Of a stretch of DNA of 63,604 bases, positions 44,036 through 52,792 are shown one piece after another (position 1 is the first letter of the stretch; every line of letters starts with the position of its first letter). A program made the translations under genes and the position numbers. The notes beneath the pieces are model-generated. The model was not told where the DNA came from, did not search any database, and saw only the letters and a program-made list of their open reading frames with translations. The stretch is taken from the NCBI GenBank assembly GCA_025354795.1, contig JANXMF010000081.1, positions 1 to 63,604 of the forward strand, in the 5' to 3' direction. The stretch is from Pseudobdellovibrionaceae bacterium (GTDB lineage: Bacteria; Bdellovibrionota; Bdellovibrionia; Bdellovibrionales; UBA1609).

Positions 44036-45412
44036 CTACAACTCAACCATTTCTGTACTGAAAGCTTCATCAGCCTGGCGAATTTTGACTTCGGGGCGAA
44101 GTCGCACGAGCTGTGAATCCACTTCAATTATTTTCCCCAAGCCCGTAATTTTGTTAATCAATGCATTGAGCCGATGCACACCCATGCGCAACCGATGATA
44201 GTGTTCTGGACTAAAAGACGTTTGCCATAAGAGATGAATGGCTTCGTCGACACTCAATTCCGCTTTGCCGGCAAGACCCTCCACCAATTGCATGCCCATC
44301 TTTTTCTTGGTCAAGTCGATCAACCGGCCCTGGACCAGCACCGAGCGTCGCTGTGACGAGAATTCCAGGCGAATTTCGGGAGGTTGCAAGGCTTGTTTCA
44401 AGCGCAAGTTCCACAGGCCTTGCGAGCGCGGATCGAGCGAGCGGATGATCAACTGAATCTTGCGGTTGATCTCGAGACGGCTGGCGTGGCTCGACTCCAT
44501 ATTGGCGGCCAGACAAAGCAGTCGCAGATAAGAAGCCCACGGCAGCTGGGAGGCGAGCAGAGAGAGCTGGTGGATTTTAGCCGCAGCTTCAAGTGATCCT
44601 TGCACAAGTTTGCGTATGAATTCTTCAAATGGATCAAACTTTTTGAAACTATTCATCTTTTCCAAAACCGCAGGGCTTAAGGTCAGGTCTTGGGTTATGC
44701 AGCCCTCAATGAAATCAAAATACATCAGGCGCTGATCGATCTCAGCCACCACAGCGGGGATTTGCAACAGCCGCTGATGTGCATGATCGGCGCCAATAAG
44801 GCGCAATTCGATCAACATCAGCGAATGCTCAAGCTCAATCACCGAATCTTGCGTGAGGCCTTTGCGGGACACACTGATGAGCTCACGGTAGAATTCGCTA
44901 AGATGACGGTTTGGTTCATAAAGTGCGTGCCACCGGGCCTTTTGCAGGAGTCCACGAATTCGTTGCGTAGAAGTTTCAGTATGCAACAGAGCGCGTTCAT
45001 AAAACTCGAGAGCCGGCAAGAGGCGAGCCTCTTCTTCGAGCGCCTTACCAATCATAAGTTCACATTCGAAACGTGAAGTTGGTGAAAGTTTATCCTTATG
45101 TTCCACAATTAGACTCTCAAGATGACTAAGGTTGGCGCGAAAGCCGCTCATATCTTGAAGGTGGTACTGGCAAATCATCAGATCTCTTAGTAACATAACA
45201 TTTGATCCCAAGTATTGCCTCGTGAATTCCAAATGTTGAAGTGCTGCAAGCACCTCACCACGATGAAAAAGCACCAGGCCTTGATAGTGGCTATGACGGC
45301 GTTTCTCGGCCGTTGCTTCGGGCTTTAATTGCTGAAGCTGCTGCTCGGCGGATTCAAGCTCGCCGTTTAAGATACTTACAAAAACGTCAGTTAAGCTCTT
45401 ATCTGGAATCAT
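44036..45412 (-). CDS. TPR-like helical protein with C-terminal winged-HTH (putative regulator)
   Basis: TPR-like YQGLVLFHRGEVLAAL and IGKALEEEARLLPALEFYERAL; C-terminal LSVDEAIHLLWQ...RLRMGVHRLNALI (OmpR-type wHTH pattern). Confidence 0.65.
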   Translation of the reverse strand: MIPDKSLTDVFVSILNGELESAEQQLQQLKPEATAEKRRHSHYQGLVLFHRGEVLAALQHLEFTRQYLGSNVMLLRDLMICQYHLQDMSGFRANLSHLESLIVEHKDKLSPTSRFECELMIGKALEEEARLLPALEFYERALLHTETSTQRIRGLLQKARWHALYEPNRHLSEFYRELISVSRKGLTQDSVIELEHSLMLIELRLIGADHAHQRLLQIPAVVAEIDQRLMYFDFIEGCITQDLTLSPAVLEKMNSFKKFDPFEEFIRKLVQGSLEAAAKIHQLSLLASQLPWASYLRLLCLAANMESSHASRLEINRKIQLIIRSLDPRSQGLWNLRLKQALQPPEIRLEFSSQRRSVLVQGRLIDLTKKKMGMQLVEGLAGKAELSVDEAIHLLWQTSFSPEHYHRLRMGVHRLNALINKITGLGKIIEVDSQLVRLRPEVKIRQADEAFSTEMVEL

Positions 45413-45597
45413 CTGCAAACAACCCGGGTTTCGGTTTTTAATTTCGTAATCTGGGGATCTTCTAACATAAGTTTCGCAAGTGCAGAAATGTTCACATTTA
45501 TTTGTTTCAAGTTTTCTGGAATTGACTAAATCTCTCCATTCTTTGGTTTTCCTTTCTTGACACGAGGCGGCCTTCTTCCCAGAAGACGCTTATTTAG

Positions 45598-45650
45598 GGA
45601 GCCTGAGTCCATCTGGGGGAAATATCAGGCGGGGCTCAGGCTTTCTTTTT
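45598..45650 (+). terminator. Orphan long hairpin with U-tract
   Basis: AGCCTGAGTCC...GGGGCTCAGGCT-TTCTTTTT between divergent genes. Confidence 0.5.
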
Positions 45651-45838
45651 ATCACGGCGGGTCATTGCGCGATTAAATTCCAGCTCACCTCTAATCCACT
45701 TTGCTTAAGTTCACCCTCCCAACCCGTGATCGGTGCCCAAATTCGTCGCCCTGTAAAAAAGTTCGCCACCACAACCGCCCCCTAACCTAATATACGCTAT
45801 CCCCAAAATTGCATTTCTCCTTACTCGGAGAATAACCC

Positions 45839-47512
45839 ATGACTTTGACCAAACTCCTATTTGCGGTGATATGCGCGCTCAGCCTTGCGAGTTGCATGGG
45901 CTCGCGTAAGGTCCATGAGGGGTCGACGGAGTTCAATGATAACGGCAATGAGCCCGACAAAGACACCGGTAAGGGCGATGCAAGGCCCGAGCTGCTCAAG
46001 AGCGGCGTATTGCATGGAACCATTCCTGAGTTCAAAATTCCTGAGTCTGTGCGCCAGCAAATTGCAAAATTTCAACCCAATCTGATTCCGGTCCAGACCA
46101 CGACCTTTGAGGTTGCGGAGGCCACGCTTAAAGTCGACGCCAATCAGAATCGGGTGCTTTTCACAGGCTTGCTGAAGATTCCAAATCATGCGGATGAGGC
46201 GATTGAGCTCGGCTGTACGATTGATAAGTCTTCAGATCCCTGGACCTGTTCGGACTCCGACATGTTTCCGGTGGATGAGAAAATCGCGGCGCAGAGGCGT
46301 TTGCAGGCCACCTTCAAGTGCGTGGACACCTATCGCTGTGAAAAAGTGGGTATCGACCTTTATGTCGTGGTGGATGGCAAAATGCAGGGGCCTAAGACTT
46401 TTCAGGCGGAGAAGTTTCAAATTCGGCGCGCCAGTTCGGGGGATGAACAAGGCGAAGACGACGATGAAGTAAAACCCAAAACACCGCCGACTCCGCCAAC
46501 CCCTCCCGCTCAGCGCCCAGCACCACTCAAGCCTGGAGTTCCGCCGCCAACAACGCCCCCTAAGCCCGCACCGTATACACCCCCCCCGGGGGGATTTATT
46601 CCGCCACCGCGAACTCCGCAGCCGGGCGGTAAGCCTAAGGTGCCGCTGGCACCTCTGCCCACCAGTGTGGCGCCCGAAGAGGATTTGAGCGAAAGTGAAG
46701 TCGGGGCATTGATTGATGATCCCAATGCCGCCGTCGAACTCACGCAGCCGATGCGCATGCCCACCCCCAAACCTGGCAAGTACTCCATTCCGGAAGTGGC
46801 GCAGCTCAAGCCCGATACGCGCGAAGGCATTCCCAATCAGGCGATTGGTTCTCATACGTCCGGCCACTTGCGCCAGTCCAAACAGTTGCCTAATTCCGGA
46901 TCTGGCTTCGCCTCACGCTTTCATGCCGGTCATGATTTTGGTGCGAATATAACCGTTGATTTACTCACTCAGGCGTTCGCACATATTGCGCAGATTTTTC
47001 CGGAACAGCCCCCCATTATGGTGGGGAATATTGCCAAGCGAACGGGTGGTCCAATATCACCTTCCACTGGAAAGGGTTCGGTCAGTCATCAGACGGGTCT
47101 GGACGTAGACATTGCCTATCCCTCAAAGGTGGGTGCGCCCAGTTTTTGGCCGGCGTGTACGGACGGCGCCCTTCACTTCAAAGCGCAAAACCATTGTCCC
47201 GCGGGGGCCCAAATATCCAGCGATTTTGATTTGCCACGATTTTGGCTGATGATTAAGCAGTTGACCTGCGCCAGCAACAAACCGGTGATAGCGATGTTTT
47301 TGGATGCAGAGCTTAAGAAGCACGTTTGCCGCTATGTTCAGGATTTGCAGAACGAAGATATCAGTAGTCCGCAATCCTGCGGCTTTCGCGCGCTCCAGGC
47401 GCTAAAGCACGAAGGCGGCCACAACAACCACGTGCATGTGCGTTTTGCTTGTCCCGGCAATCGCGACTGTCAGAATTCCTGGGTCACGCTGGCAAATCGT
47501 TCGGGTTGCTGA
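45839..47512 (+). CDS. mepA: Lipoprotein with Pro-rich linker and MepA-type (penicillin-insensitive) murein endopeptidase domain
   Basis: Lipobox LASC; QAIGSHTSGHL, VGNIAKRTGG, SHQTGLDVDI, HNNHVHVRFAC. Confidence 0.85.
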   Translation: MTLTKLLFAVICALSLASCMGSRKVHEGSTEFNDNGNEPDKDTGKGDARPELLKSGVLHGTIPEFKIPESVRQQIAKFQPNLIPVQTTTFEVAEATLKVDANQNRVLFTGLLKIPNHADEAIELGCTIDKSSDPWTCSDSDMFPVDEKIAAQRRLQATFKCVDTYRCEKVGIDLYVVVDGKMQGPKTFQAEKFQIRRASSGDEQGEDDDEVKPKTPPTPPTPPAQRPAPLKPGVPPPTTPPKPAPYTPPPGGFIPPPRTPQPGGKPKVPLAPLPTSVAPEEDLSESEVGALIDDPNAAVELTQPMRMPTPKPGKYSIPEVAQLKPDTREGIPNQAIGSHTSGHLRQSKQLPNSGSGFASRFHAGHDFGANITVDLLTQAFAHIAQIFPEQPPIMVGNIAKRTGGPISPSTGKGSVSHQTGLDVDIAYPSKVGAPSFWPACTDGALHFKAQNHCPAGAQISSDFDLPRFWLMIKQLTCASNKPVIAMFLDAELKKHVCRYVQDLQNEDISSPQSCGFRALQALKHEGGHNNHVHVRFACPGNRDCQNSWVTLANRSGC

Positions 47513-47539
47513 TATTCTTAAAGCCCACGAGGTACCGGC

Positions 47540-47992
47540 ATGCGACTTAGCTTATTTTCCATTTTAATACTTTCTTGCTCACTGACTTTTGGCCGCGCCG
47601 TTGTGCGCAAAGCGACCAAGACTTCCGGCGGGCCGCTTTATTCGGTGGAGCTTGTGGCTCAGGTGAGTCAGACGCCCCGGTCTGAGTTGGAGTCCAAGAT
47701 CAGCATGGATAAAGATGTGCAGGCCTGCCTGCGGACGACACTTTTGAATGTGGGCGACGATTTCAAGGTTGAAATTAGCGGTCAGGTCGAGCCAACAGGG
47801 GCTTTGACCGGTATTGCGGTGGATTGCATCTATCCGAACCTCAAGTCTTGCCTGCCAATGGCTGTGGGCCAGCTGAAACTCGATTCGGGTGCTGAGGGCC
47901 CCTTTAAAATGGAGATTTCCAAGCTTCGCATCACCGGAACTCACGTCAAAACGTTCTTACTGGATTTGAACGAACCTAAAAAAATGCAGTAA
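47540..47992 (+). CDS. Secreted hypothetical protein (possible AgmX/TonB-C-like fold)
   Basis: Signal peptide; VQACL...ISGQVEPTGAL...LKSCL pattern; GAGG RBS. Confidence 0.55.
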   Translation: MRLSLFSILILSCSLTFGRAVVRKATKTSGGPLYSVELVAQVSQTPRSELESKISMDKDVQACLRTTLLNVGDDFKVEISGQVEPTGALTGIAVDCIYPNLKSCLPMAVGQLKLDSGAEGPFKMEISKLRITGTHVKTFLLDLNEPKKMQ

Positions 47993-48072
47993 CTCTTGAC
48001 GAGTCCAACGGAAACCTTTAACTCTTTGAATTCGCCTGGAAAAGGTCAGTTTAAATTTCTTAAAGGAAGCGC

Positions 48073-48378
48073 ATGGCAAAATTGAGTTCGATCAATAAAA
48101 ATGAACGCCGAAAAGTGATGTCAGAAAAATTCGGACGCTACCGGACAGAGTTGCGCAACAAAGCCAACAATCCGCATGTGACCGAAGACGACCGTGCTGA
48201 AGCGCGCTTGAAACTGCAAAAGTTGCCACGCGATACTTCACCTTGTCGAGTGATCACTCGCTGTTCATTGACTGGCCGCTCGCGTGGCAATTACCGCAAA
48301 TTCGGTTTGTCGCGGATGGCCTTTCGCTCTTTGGCCCATCGAGGTTTGTTGCCCGGTGTGACCAAGGCGAGCTGGTAG
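48073..48378 (+). CDS. rpsN: 30S ribosomal protein S14 (long, Zn-independent form)
   Basis: LQKLPRDTSP, RCSLTGRSRG, KFGLSR, LPGVTKASW; 101 aa. Confidence 0.97.
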   Translation: MAKLSSINKNERRKVMSEKFGRYRTELRNKANNPHVTEDDRAEARLKLQKLPRDTSPCRVITRCSLTGRSRGNYRKFGLSRMAFRSLAHRGLLPGVTKASW

Positions 48379-48396
48379 TCCTGCGCCCCTCACAAA

Positions 48397-48972
48397 ATGA
48401 TTGAAATTATCTCGGGCACGGATCGCCCCAATTCCAATTCTCTTAAGGTTGCCCAGTGGTTACTGGGTAACTATAAAGCCCTAAAACAACCCGCGCAATT
48501 GCTCGACCTATGTCAACTCAACCTAAATGACGTGGCGGGAGGTCCTTACTTTAAGGGCGCCGGTGGAACCTTTCGCGACGCCGTTGCGCGGGTGAACGTC
48601 GCCGAAGGTTTGGTCATGGTGGTGCCGGAGTACAATGGTTCCTTCCCAGGTATATTAAAACTGTTTATTGATTACTGGCGCTATCCCGACAGTTTTGAAC
48701 ATCGCCCGGTGGCCTTTGTGGGCCTTGGCCTACGCTGGGGCGGATTGCGACCGGTGGAACATTTGCAGCAGGTTTTTGGCTATCGCAATGCCTACGTTTT
48801 TCCCAGTCGGGTGTTTATTCACAATATCAAAGAGGCCTTTAAAGAGGGCGAGATCGCCGATCCCATGATCGCGGATCTGTTGAAAGTGCAAGCCCGCACC
48901 TTTATAAAATTTATTCGCTCGCTCAAAGCCGAGGGCCTTGACGCCAATTCCTTGATCAAAGCTAAACAGTGA
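48397..48972 (+). CDS. NADPH-dependent FMN reductase
   Basis: ISGTDRPNSNS, PEYNGSFPGILKLFID, GGLRPVEHL. Confidence 0.92.
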   Translation: MIEIISGTDRPNSNSLKVAQWLLGNYKALKQPAQLLDLCQLNLNDVAGGPYFKGAGGTFRDAVARVNVAEGLVMVVPEYNGSFPGILKLFIDYWRYPDSFEHRPVAFVGLGLRWGGLRPVEHLQQVFGYRNAYVFPSRVFIHNIKEAFKEGEIADPMIADLLKVQARTFIKFIRSLKAEGLDANSLIKAKQ

Positions 48973-49370
48973 AGCGCCTTCAGGTCGCGGCTGGAATTAT
49001 TGAAAATCAAAACGGCCAAATTCTCCTAGCCCAACGGCCGACCGGCAAACATCTGGCCGGGATGTGGGAATTTCCGGGCGGCAAAATCGAAGCCGGTGAA
49101 AGCGTTTCTGAGGCGCTGAAGCGGGAACTTAAAGAGGAATTACACCTCGACGTTGAGGTGCTCGAGGCGCTGGGCCAGTTTCCTTACGCCTATGAATGGG
49201 GTAGCCTCGACCTGCACGTGCTAAGGGTGCGGGCGTTGAGTGCGCCACTGGCCACGGAGCACGTACGCCAGTTTCGCTGGGTACGTCCGCGCGAGATTGC
49301 GGTGGTGGAGCTGGCCGGCGCCGATCGTGAACCGTTGAAAGTCTATCTTTCCTCGCCGTCTGTCCGATAA
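48969..49370 (+). CDS. mutT: MutT/NudG-like NUDIX hydrolase
   Basis: WEFPGGKIEAGESVSEALKRELKEEL Nudix box. Confidence 0.88.
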   Translation: MKRLQVAAGIIENQNGQILLAQRPTGKHLAGMWEFPGGKIEAGESVSEALKRELKEELHLDVEVLEALGQFPYAYEWGSLDLHVLRVRALSAPLATEHVRQFRWVRPREIAVVELAGADREPLKVYLSSPSVR

Positions 49371-49395
49371 ACTTTGTCCAGGAATTCTCCGATAG
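49368..49395 (+). promoter_or_regulatory. sigma28/FliA-like promoter
   Basis: TAAA-N16-TCCGATAG upstream of ATG 49416. Confidence 0.45.
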
Positions 49396-49415
49396 CCAAT
49401 GGAACGGGGAGTGCC

Positions 49416-49946
49416 ATGTCCGTACGCAATTTGATCGCGGAAAAATTAATGTGGGAAAGCCTACGCCGATGGAAGAACACCTCGCCTGAACTCGACCGCA
49501 TTCAATTTTTGAAAACCGTGCCCTTTTTCAATGAACTCTCCAATTGGCAGTTAAAAAAGGTCGCCGAGATCGTCTTTTTACGCACCTATGATCCGGCCGA
49601 ATATGTGTTTGAACAAGGGCAGCCGGGCGCCGCGATTTTTCTGATCATGGATGGGCAGGTCGCCGTTGAAATTTCCAAAGAGGGTCTGACGACCAGTCTC
49701 GCCACTCTTGAACGTGGCGCCTTTTTCGGTGAGATGGCCTTGCTCGATGAATCTCCACGCTCGGCCTCGGCGCGAAGTGTGGATGGATGTAAGACTTTAG
49801 CTCTCTATAGAAATGATTTAAACCGTTTGATTCACTCTGATCCGGCGACGGCGTGCCATATCTACCGGGCTCTAGCCCGCATTGTCGGTGATCGTTTGCG
49901 CTCGACCAACGAATTGGTGCAAGCCGCGGAAAAGTTAGCGGCATGA
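49416..49946 (+). CDS. Stand-alone cyclic-nucleotide-binding domain protein
   Basis: FEQGQPG, FFGEMALLDESPRSASA; no HTH. Confidence 0.9.
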   Translation: MSVRNLIAEKLMWESLRRWKNTSPELDRIQFLKTVPFFNELSNWQLKKVAEIVFLRTYDPAEYVFEQGQPGAAIFLIMDGQVAVEISKEGLTTSLATLERGAFFGEMALLDESPRSASARSVDGCKTLALYRNDLNRLIHSDPATACHIYRALARIVGDRLRSTNELVQAAEKLAA

Positions 49947-51238
49947 AGCGCACGGTAAAAATGACGCTAAAAGAGCGCGAGCGGCAAGTTCGCCGCCAAA
50001 TTTTTCAAAGCTGCTTTTTAGTCGCATGTGTGGCGGTATTTGTTTTCCTGATCTGGAAGTTAAAGGCGCTTTTGTTGCCGATTGTGGTGGGAGCGTTGCT
50101 AGCGTATTTGTTTCGCCCGATCAAAGATCGCTTTCAGCTGTCGTGGTTGCCGCATGAACTGCGGGTATTAAGCCTTTTTGCCTGCGTGGGATTTTGCCTT
50201 TTCATGGTTTTTAATAAAGCTCGCCAAATGATCCCAGATGAAAAGCAGAAACTTGAGATGAAGGTCCGGCTCAAGTACAAGATGAACGAAAAATTCCAAG
50301 AGCTCTTTGGCGCCGGCAACGCCGAAAAACGTCCGGGCCCGATCGCGCAACTTATCGCCAAAGAGGTGGGCCCGGCCTTTGGCCAGGTCAATCAAATGCT
50401 CGACCTTGATGCCGATGAGAGTGACCGTTTTCAGAAATTCAGCAAGGGCTTTAAAGGCCAGCCGCCCACAGAGAAAAGATTTATAGAATATTTTGAGGCC
50501 AATCAAACCGCCAGCACCTATAAAGTCGTGATCCGCGAACCGGCGGCGGTACCGGAGGCGGCCGTACCGGCTCCGGCCGCGACGCTTGAAGCTGAGCCCA
50601 AAGCAAGTCTGATCGAGAGTCTTTCGATTTGGATTTTGGCGCCATTGATCTTTCTGTTTCTGGGCTTCGACAACGGACAGATGCGACGTTACTTCGTCAG
50701 CCTGGTGCCCAATCGCTATTTCGAACTCTCGCTCACGGTGCTCGACATGCTCGACGATGCCATCGGTAAATACTTGCGCGGCACTTTGCTTGAATGTTCC
50801 TTGGTTGGTGCCACCTTGGCAGTGGGCCTATTTTTATTAGGCATGCCGTTTTCATTGGCATTGGCGGTGGGGATTGTTTCCGGATTGGCCAATGCGATTC
50901 CATTTCTGGGACCGCTCATCGGCCTTGTCATTGCTCTGGCTTATTCGCTGATCGGTGAAAACATCGTGTCTTTGATTCCTGGACTCAACCCTCAAGATTT
51001 GGCGATCTACGTGGTGGTTTTAATCGGGGTGACGCATGTCCTGGACAACGTGGTTTATTCACCCATAGTTTTAGGTAACGCCGTAAACCTCCATCCACTG
51101 GTGGTTATTATCGCAATCATTGGCGGATCTGAACTCATGGGCGTATGGGGAATGCTCTTGGCCATCCCGACCGTGGTCGTGGCAAAGACCGCGGTTGAGA
51201 CGCTCTTTAAAGAATTAAAAGACTACCGAATTATTTAA
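49943..51238 (+). CDS. AI-2E family transporter
   Basis: LLAYLFRP, YLRGTLL, NAIPFLGP, DNVVYSPIVLG...LHPL...GG...G.WGMLLAIP; ATGA overlap with the cNMP gene. Confidence 0.88.
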   Translation: MKRTVKMTLKERERQVRRQIFQSCFLVACVAVFVFLIWKLKALLLPIVVGALLAYLFRPIKDRFQLSWLPHELRVLSLFACVGFCLFMVFNKARQMIPDEKQKLEMKVRLKYKMNEKFQELFGAGNAEKRPGPIAQLIAKEVGPAFGQVNQMLDLDADESDRFQKFSKGFKGQPPTEKRFIEYFEANQTASTYKVVIREPAAVPEAAVPAPAATLEAEPKASLIESLSIWILAPLIFLFLGFDNGQMRRYFVSLVPNRYFELSLTVLDMLDDAIGKYLRGTLLECSLVGATLAVGLFLLGMPFSLALAVGIVSGLANAIPFLGPLIGLVIALAYSLIGENIVSLIPGLNPQDLAIYVVVLIGVTHVLDNVVYSPIVLGNAVNLHPLVVIIAIIGGSELMGVWGMLLAIPTVVVAKTAVETLFKELKDYRII

Positions 51239-51266
51239 CCTTTTCGCACTGATATAAATAAAGAAC

Positions 51267-51284
51267 CTTTTTGCCGGCAAAAAG
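51267..51284. repeat. 18-bp perfect palindrome
   Basis: CTTTTTGCCGGCAAAAAG between convergent genes. Confidence 0.8.
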
Positions 51285-51376
51285 CGGTTTGGCTTTTGGC
51301 GTAAGATAAGTGACGAAAACCTCCTCTGAATTCTTTCCTAGACTTTTATACACTAAGTCGCAGTAAAAAATGACGA

Positions 51377-51404
51377 GCGAAACATAATATAACTTATAGG
51401 AACT
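51377..51404 (-). other. dif-like XerC/XerD site (probable chromosome dimer resolution site)
   Basis: Minus strand AGTTCCTATAA-GTTATA-TTATGTTTCGC: 11-6-11 layout, compare B. subtilis dif ACTTCCTAGAA-TATATA-TTATGTAAACT; AT-rich intergenic context. Confidence 0.65.
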
Positions 51405-51417
51405 TCCGAGGTCTGGC

Positions 51418-51993
51418 CTAGAGCTTCTTTAAACCAATAAAATAGGTCTCATAGCTACCCTTACGAACCGCCTCGGGTTTAAGTCGCTTACTTTGCGCAA
51501 ATTTGCGCGCCAGCTCCTTGCTTAACTTTTCCGCGTCTGGGCCTTCGAATAGCTTCATCACCAGATGGCCGCCTCGTCGTAAATAGGGTTCGGTCATACA
51601 CAAAACTTGTTGGCAAAGCTCGGCGCTGCGGGCCTGATCGACGCTACGAATTCCAGTGGTATTTGGAGCCATGTCACTCAGTAAACAATCCACTAAACGC
51701 GCATGAAGGATTTTTTCATCGAATTTAAACACGTCCATTTCATAAAACTCGGCATTAGGCGCCTTGAATTCGATCGGCTTTAAATCAAGGCCCACCACGC
51801 GGCCGTTAGCGCCCACGACTTTACATGCCACCTGGCTCCAGGCCCCTGGCGCGGCACCTAGGTCGAGGACAAAATCGCCGGGGCTTAGCAACCGAAACTT
51901 TTTTTGCACTTCATCCAGTTTGTAAGCAGACCTAGCCAAATAGCCTTCGGCTTTGGCTTTGTGAAAAAATCGGTCCTTCGGGTTGAATGCCAT
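51418..51993 (-). CDS. rlmE: 23S rRNA Um2552 methyltransferase
   Basis: YLARSAYKL, LDLGAAPGAWSQ, SDMAPNTTG, KLFEG, SYETY. Confidence 0.95.
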   Translation of the reverse strand: MAFNPKDRFFHKAKAEGYLARSAYKLDEVQKKFRLLSPGDFVLDLGAAPGAWSQVACKVVGANGRVVGLDLKPIEFKAPNAEFYEMDVFKFDEKILHARLVDCLLSDMAPNTTGIRSVDQARSAELCQQVLCMTEPYLRRGGHLVMKLFEGPDAEKLSKELARKFAQSKRLKPEAVRKGSYETYFIGLKKL

Positions 51994-52050
51994 GCTCCCC
52001 TTCTAGCCCACATCGACGTCCAGACTCAAGTCTATTAAGGTCTTTAAGCA

Positions 52051-52078
52051 TCAATAAGTCCTGATGATTTTCCGATAA
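52051..52078 (+). promoter_or_regulatory. sigma28/FliA-like promoter, probably leaderless
   Basis: TCAA-N16-TCCGATAA, 6 nt before ATG 52085. Confidence 0.45.
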
Positions 52079-52084
52079 AGCTCT

Positions 52085-52792
52085 ATGGTTTGGCAAAAAA
52101 CAAAAAAACCAGAGGACGAAGATTGCTCGCCCGTGCACACGTTGGCCAGTCAGCTCGGAGTCGAACGGCGCGCGAGCGTGCGCGTGCAGTACCCCCAGCA
52201 CGCGCACGTTTGTCATTTGCCGCTGATTAGTTTCAAAGAAAATAAACTAAAAGTGCATGACATCAGCGTGGGCGGCTGTTGCATCGTTGATGCGGAAGAG
52301 GCACTCGGATCGTCAATTGGCCATGAGGTCGCACTCGATCTGGATTGGACGTCGGCGCGCGAAACCATTCAGTGCCGTATTGTCGCGCGCGTGCATGATC
52401 GGCGCCACATCCATTTTGTCGACCTTTCACCGCGGCGGAAAACATTTTTAAACACGGTTTTGGCACCCGGTAGCCGCGGTCAATCGCTGCGCAAACACGC
52501 GGCCCCGAGTCCGCGCGGGCCAGGAATGGAAGCCCAGGAGTTGTGGAGTTCTATGTTAGGCGACGCCGTGGTACTGGAGAATGCGGTGCACCGGTTGGCG
52601 CAAGTTCAATTGAGCCACCAATTGTATTTCATCTTTCGAGAGTCACGCCCGGTTAAGGAAAACAATGATCCCGTGGGCGAAAATGAGTTTGGCCAACTGA
52701 TCTTATTTTTAGCTAATATCCAATCGCCCAGCACAGGGATCAAGAATCTTTCGGCACTGTTTGAAAATCTATTTACCGGTGCGACGCGATGA
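52085..52792 (+). CDS. PilZ domain protein
   Basis: ERRASVR (RxxxR) and HDISVGG (DxSxxG). Confidence 0.85.
   Translation: MVWQKTKKPEDEDCSPVHTLASQLGVERRASVRVQYPQHAHVCHLPLISFKENKLKVHDISVGGCCIVDAEEALGSSIGHEVALDLDWTSARETIQCRIVARVHDRRHIHFVDLSPRRKTFLNTVLAPGSRGQSLRKHAAPSPRGPGMEAQELWSSMLGDAVVLENAVHRLAQVQLSHQLYFIFRESRPVKENNDPVGENEFGQLILFLANIQSPSTGIKNLSALFENLFTGATR

Noticed and set aside
45460-45487. Second dif-like site (TTATGTTAGAA on the minus strand)
   Set aside because: Only a XerD-like half; no XerC arm at 6-bp spacing
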